A DNA stretch of 27,803 nt from IMG/VR virus record IMGVR_UViG_3300025635_000130, positions 1 through 27,803 of that record; one strand, 5' to 3'. Within the stretch, counting starts at the first letter, position 1. Each line of letters begins with the position of its first letter. Both the position numbers and the translations under genes were made by a program. Shown here piece after piece: positions 25,314-27,803 of the stretch. The notes under the pieces are model-generated. The model did not search any database. It was not told the DNA's origin and was given only the letters and a program-made list of their open reading frames with translations. This DNA comes from a virus. Lineage: Duplodnaviria > Caudoviricetes.

Positions 25314-25819
25314 TCCCGTTGGCTCTCGCATGGCTTCCCCGTGCGGGAGCCTTCGCCCGCTCGCACTGGAAGCTGATAGGTATTGGCCTGCTCGCCATTT
25401 TTGCAGGCGTCCAGACCTTACGCCTCGCATGGACGCAGACGGCGCTGGAGAAGATCAGCGCACGCATCAAGGTCATGGAAGCCATCACGACCGAAACCGA
25501 CAAGCGTTGGCGTGCGACCGAAAACACATGGAAGGTGACTGCCTACCAGATTCAGAAGGAACGAGACGATGAGATCGAGAACATGGCTGCTGAGCGCGAT
25601 GCTGCTCTTGCCGAGCTGCGGAAGCGTCCACGTCGCCCCGCCCCCGGCACCACCGAAAGCACCGGCAATGGACAAACTGCCAGCGGATGTACTGGAGCAC
25701 GATTATTTGGCGACGATGCGGAATTTCTTATCCGGGAAGCTGCCAGAGCCGACACAACCCGCATCGCCCTGAAGGCCTGTTACAAACAATATGACATGAT
25801 CGCTGGGGGTGTGAAGTGA
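25310..25819 (+). CDS. Rz: Inner-membrane spanin (Rz-like)
   Basis: ATGA overlap at 25310; N-terminal TM helix LIGIGLLAIFAGV, periplasmic coiled coil, C-terminal Cys pair; nested lipoprotein gene. Confidence 0.88.
   Translation: MIPLALAWLPRAGAFARSHWKLIGIGLLAIFAGVQTLRLAWTQTALEKISARIKVMEAITTETDKRWRATENTWKVTAYQIQKERDDEIENMAAERDAALAELRKRPRRPAPGTTESTGNGQTASGCTGARLFGDDAEFLIREAARADTTRIALKACYKQYDMIAGGVK
25569..25772 (+). CDS. Rz1: Outer-membrane spanin lipoprotein (Rz1-like), fully embedded in Rz in the +1 frame
   Basis: Signal peptide MRSRTWLLSAMLLLPSC with lipobox Cys, Pro-rich mature part. Confidence 0.85.
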   Translation: MRSRTWLLSAMLLLPSCGSVHVAPPPAPPKAPAMDKLPADVLEHDYLATMRNFLSGKLPEPTQPASP

Positions 25820-25929
25820 CGCGGGCCGGGCTTGATACCGGCTATCTGACGACCTTGGGCTTGTCGCGCTTCACCCAAGGTTTGAGTCTAACCGCTCCAC
25901 GGGCGTGTCCATCCACGCCGCCGCGTCAC
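25816..25929 (-). ncRNA. tRNA-like cloverleaf RNA, C4/c4-2 antisense-RNA-like candidate
   Basis: Minus strand: closing stem GTGACGCGG/CCGCGTCAC, D-like arm GGCGTG-GATGGA-CACGCC, arm ACCTTGGG/CCCAAGGT, T-like arm GCCGG-TATCAAGC-CCGGC; no canonical anticodon arm, no CCA. Confidence 0.7.
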
Positions 25930-25964
25930 CCTTTCTCACATACCACATTCACGGAGACACCGCA

Positions 25965-27803
25965 ATGAGCATGGGGCTAGCTTTAGCGCTAGGGCTTACC
26001 ACTAACACCGCGCCAAGCGTAGCCGCGCCCGTTGCAGACACGTCTCCGACGACATTTACCTCCACGCCTACGGTTCATTATCACCCGAACAGCCAGACCG
26101 CGACACTCGATGGCAGCAACAAGGTGCTGGACTGCGCCGATCTCCTCGGTCTTGCTGGGGTAGTCGGCGTGGCTGCCATCGGTGCCAATACGATCAAGAA
26201 CCCCAAGATGGTGGGCGTTGTGGCGGGAACACCCGGCACACTGCCGACGAACTGGAGCATAGGCGGCGCAGCGGGCCTCACGACAAGCGTTATCGGTACC
26301 GGCACGGAAAAGGGTATGGCCTATGTCGATATCAGGCTGAACGGCACCACTTCCGGCACTTTTACGACCATCCTGATGGAAGCCGCCAGTGTTATTGCCG
26401 CTGTCAATGCGCAGGCATGGTCTGGCAGTGCGACGCTTTCGGTGGTCGGCGGCTCTCAGACCAATATTTCCTCCATCGCGCTCACGACCAACGTTCTCGA
26501 TGTCGGTGCAGCAGTCCTTCAGCAGATCAGCACAACCGCTGCCGTTACCGGCACGGCGACCCGTTTCACCAACTCCGGCACGACTGCCAACGCCAGCACA
26601 GCCTTTGTGCGCCCGCTGATCGGCGTCAATTATTCCAGTGGTGTTGCCATCGACGTAACGCTGCGCATTGCCTATCCCGCGCTGGAGCAGGCCGCAGCCG
26701 CCACCACTCCGGCCACCATCGGCCCGGTGCAGATGACCGATGCGCTGGGGCGCAAGTTCTGGCGGTTCACAGGCTCGTCCGCCCTTATCATCGCCAACGC
26801 CCTGAACGCGCTCAACATGCGGCAGATGATGGTGTTCGCAGTCTGGCGTGTGGCGAAGGTTACGCGCGGCACAGACTTCGCACTGCTGTCTCTCCGGTAT
26901 TCTGCCTATACCGACGACACAACGAACACAGCCCAAACGAATGGGTATATCCTGCGCGGAAACGCCGCCACAAGTACGTCAGAAGCGGCTCGCCTCAAGA
27001 GCGGGACGGTTGACAGCTATGCAAATGGTATAGGCGCTCACTTCATCCCCGGCGCGCAGTTGCATGTCGCTGGTTTCAACTCTCGCACTACAGCAAATGG
27101 CGGCGGGCGCTTCTACATGAATGAGCGCACGAACGACGTGGCCCAGACATCCCTGACCGCCACCAATGGCACTGGCATGATTATCGGCGGCAAGGCAACT
27201 ACCTCAAACGCTGTCACCGGGACAACCGACAACTGCTACGATCTCTACGAACTGGCGATCTGGAAAGGAACATACACCAACGCGCAATCGGATACCGCCT
27301 CGGCTGAAATGGTCGCTAATTGGGGCATACAGGCCATTACGGGCCAGATTATCATGACCGGCGACAGTATTACCGAGTGCATCGATACCAGCTCGACCGT
27401 AGTTATCCCGCAGGACGGTATTGCCCATAAGCTCGCAGCGCCCGGAGCGGGTTATATTCCCGCCAATTTCCGCGTCATCAATATCGGCATTGCTGGCTCG
27501 GCATTGGATACCTACGCAGGCGCGATAACCGGCGTAGACCTTGATACGCAACGCGACGACACATCAAGCGGGTTCCAGATGGTCTATTCCGGTGGCGCTG
27601 CAAACAACATCGTCACCGTCAATATCGGCATTAACGATATGCGTTCATCGGTCGGGAACCAGACAGCGGCGGAACATTATGCTCGCTTTGTCACGTTGCT
27701 CAACACCGGAACGACTGGATACCTGCAGCGGGGGTTCAAGGTGGTGGCTGTAACGCCTACCTCTATCTCTGGGGATGCGACGGGGCAGTCGCGCATCTCG
27801 GCT
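25965..27803 (+). CDS. Putative virion fibre protein with lectin-like domains and SGNH/GDSL esterase (3' truncated by window)
   Basis: Not in the ORF track; SD GGAG, ATG 25965, 613 codons without a stop by manual translation; SGNH block I IIMTGDSITE, block II NIGIAGS, block III VNIGIND. Confidence 0.88.
   Translation, partial: MSMGLALALGLTTNTAPSVAAPVADTSPTTFTSTPTVHYHPNSQTATLDGSNKVLDCADLLGLAGVVGVAAIGANTIKNPKMVGVVAGTPGTLPTNWSIGGAAGLTTSVIGTGTEKGMAYVDIRLNGTTSGTFTTILMEAASVIAAVNAQAWSGSATLSVVGGSQTNISSIALTTNVLDVGAAVLQQISTTAAVTGTATRFTNSGTTANASTAFVRPLIGVNYSSGVAIDVTLRIAYPALEQAAAATTPATIGPVQMTDALGRKFWRFTGSSALIIANALNALNMRQMMVFAVWRVAKVTRGTDFALLSLRYSAYTDDTTNTAQTNGYILRGNAATSTSEAARLKSGTVDSYANGIGAHFIPGAQLHVAGFNSRTTANGGGRFYMNERTNDVAQTSLTATNGTGMIIGGKATTSNAVTGTTDNCYDLYELAIWKGTYTNAQSDTASAEMVANWGIQAITGQIIMTGDSITECIDTSSTVVIPQDGIAHKLAAPGAGYIPANFRVINIGIAGSALDTYAGAITGVDLDTQRDDTSSGFQMVYSGGAANNIVTVNIGINDMRSSVGNQTAAEHYARFVTLLNTGTTGYLQRGFKVVAVTPTSISGDATGQSRISA

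Larger units (their letters stand above)
1..27803 (+). mobile_element. Phage/prophage segment, P22/Sf6-like podovirus morphogenesis module with replication and lysis genes
   Basis: Continuous co-oriented run of phage genes with ATGA/GTGA overlaps; terminase-portal-scaffold-coat-gp4-gp10-ejection-tail order as in P22/Sf6; no host genes, integrase or att site in the window. Confidence 0.97.

Noticed and set aside
25882-25900. Reading the cloverleaf as a functional tRNA (UUA suppressor or UAG Leu anticodon)
   Set aside because: Only a 3-bp stem with an 8-nt loop, U33 not correctly placed, no CCA
25989-26936. 315-aa minus-strand ORF and other short ORFs in 26081-27753
   Set aside because: Shadows of the unlisted + strand ORF starting at 25965
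1-27803. CRISPR array, diversity-generating retroelement, integrase/att site, IS element
   Set aside because: No spaced repeat array, reverse transcriptase, recombinase or transposase motif seen; the R2 copies are identical, without the adenine-specific differences of a TR/VR pair

Overview
The whole window is one + strand segment of a tailed phage or prophage with a P22/Sf6-type (podovirus) virion module. The host is probably an alphaproteobacterium (inferred from GC content and gene style only). Gene order: end of a divergent C5-type DNA methyltransferase, two beta-class amino-methyltransferases inside nested direct repeats, DUF1064-like nuclease, YdaU/DUF1376 initiator with iterons, SF2 helicase, P4-type primase, HNH, TerS/TerL, portal, scaffold, P22-type coat, two head accessory proteins, gp4-like adaptor fused to an extra domain, gp10-like hub, gp26-position protein, three ejection proteins (the largest with a lytic transglycosylase domain), tail fibre with S74 chaperone, lysis cassette (two membrane proteins, SAR endolysin, Rz/Rz1) interrupted by a Gp49/Sf6-gp66 family gene, a cloverleaf ncRNA candidate, and a truncated lectin-like/SGNH esterase protein missing from the ORF track. 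Most notable: (i) in-frame nested 45-bp and 103-bp repeats around the methyltransferases; (ii) a GGTAT-N5-TACCG palindrome on three internal sigma70-like late promoters; (iii) a tRNA-like/C4-like antisense RNA; (iv) a candidate nucleotide-sponge gene inside the lysis cassette; (v) a candidate capsid-anchored esterase fibre. All family calls come from motif recognition by eye; no searches were run.
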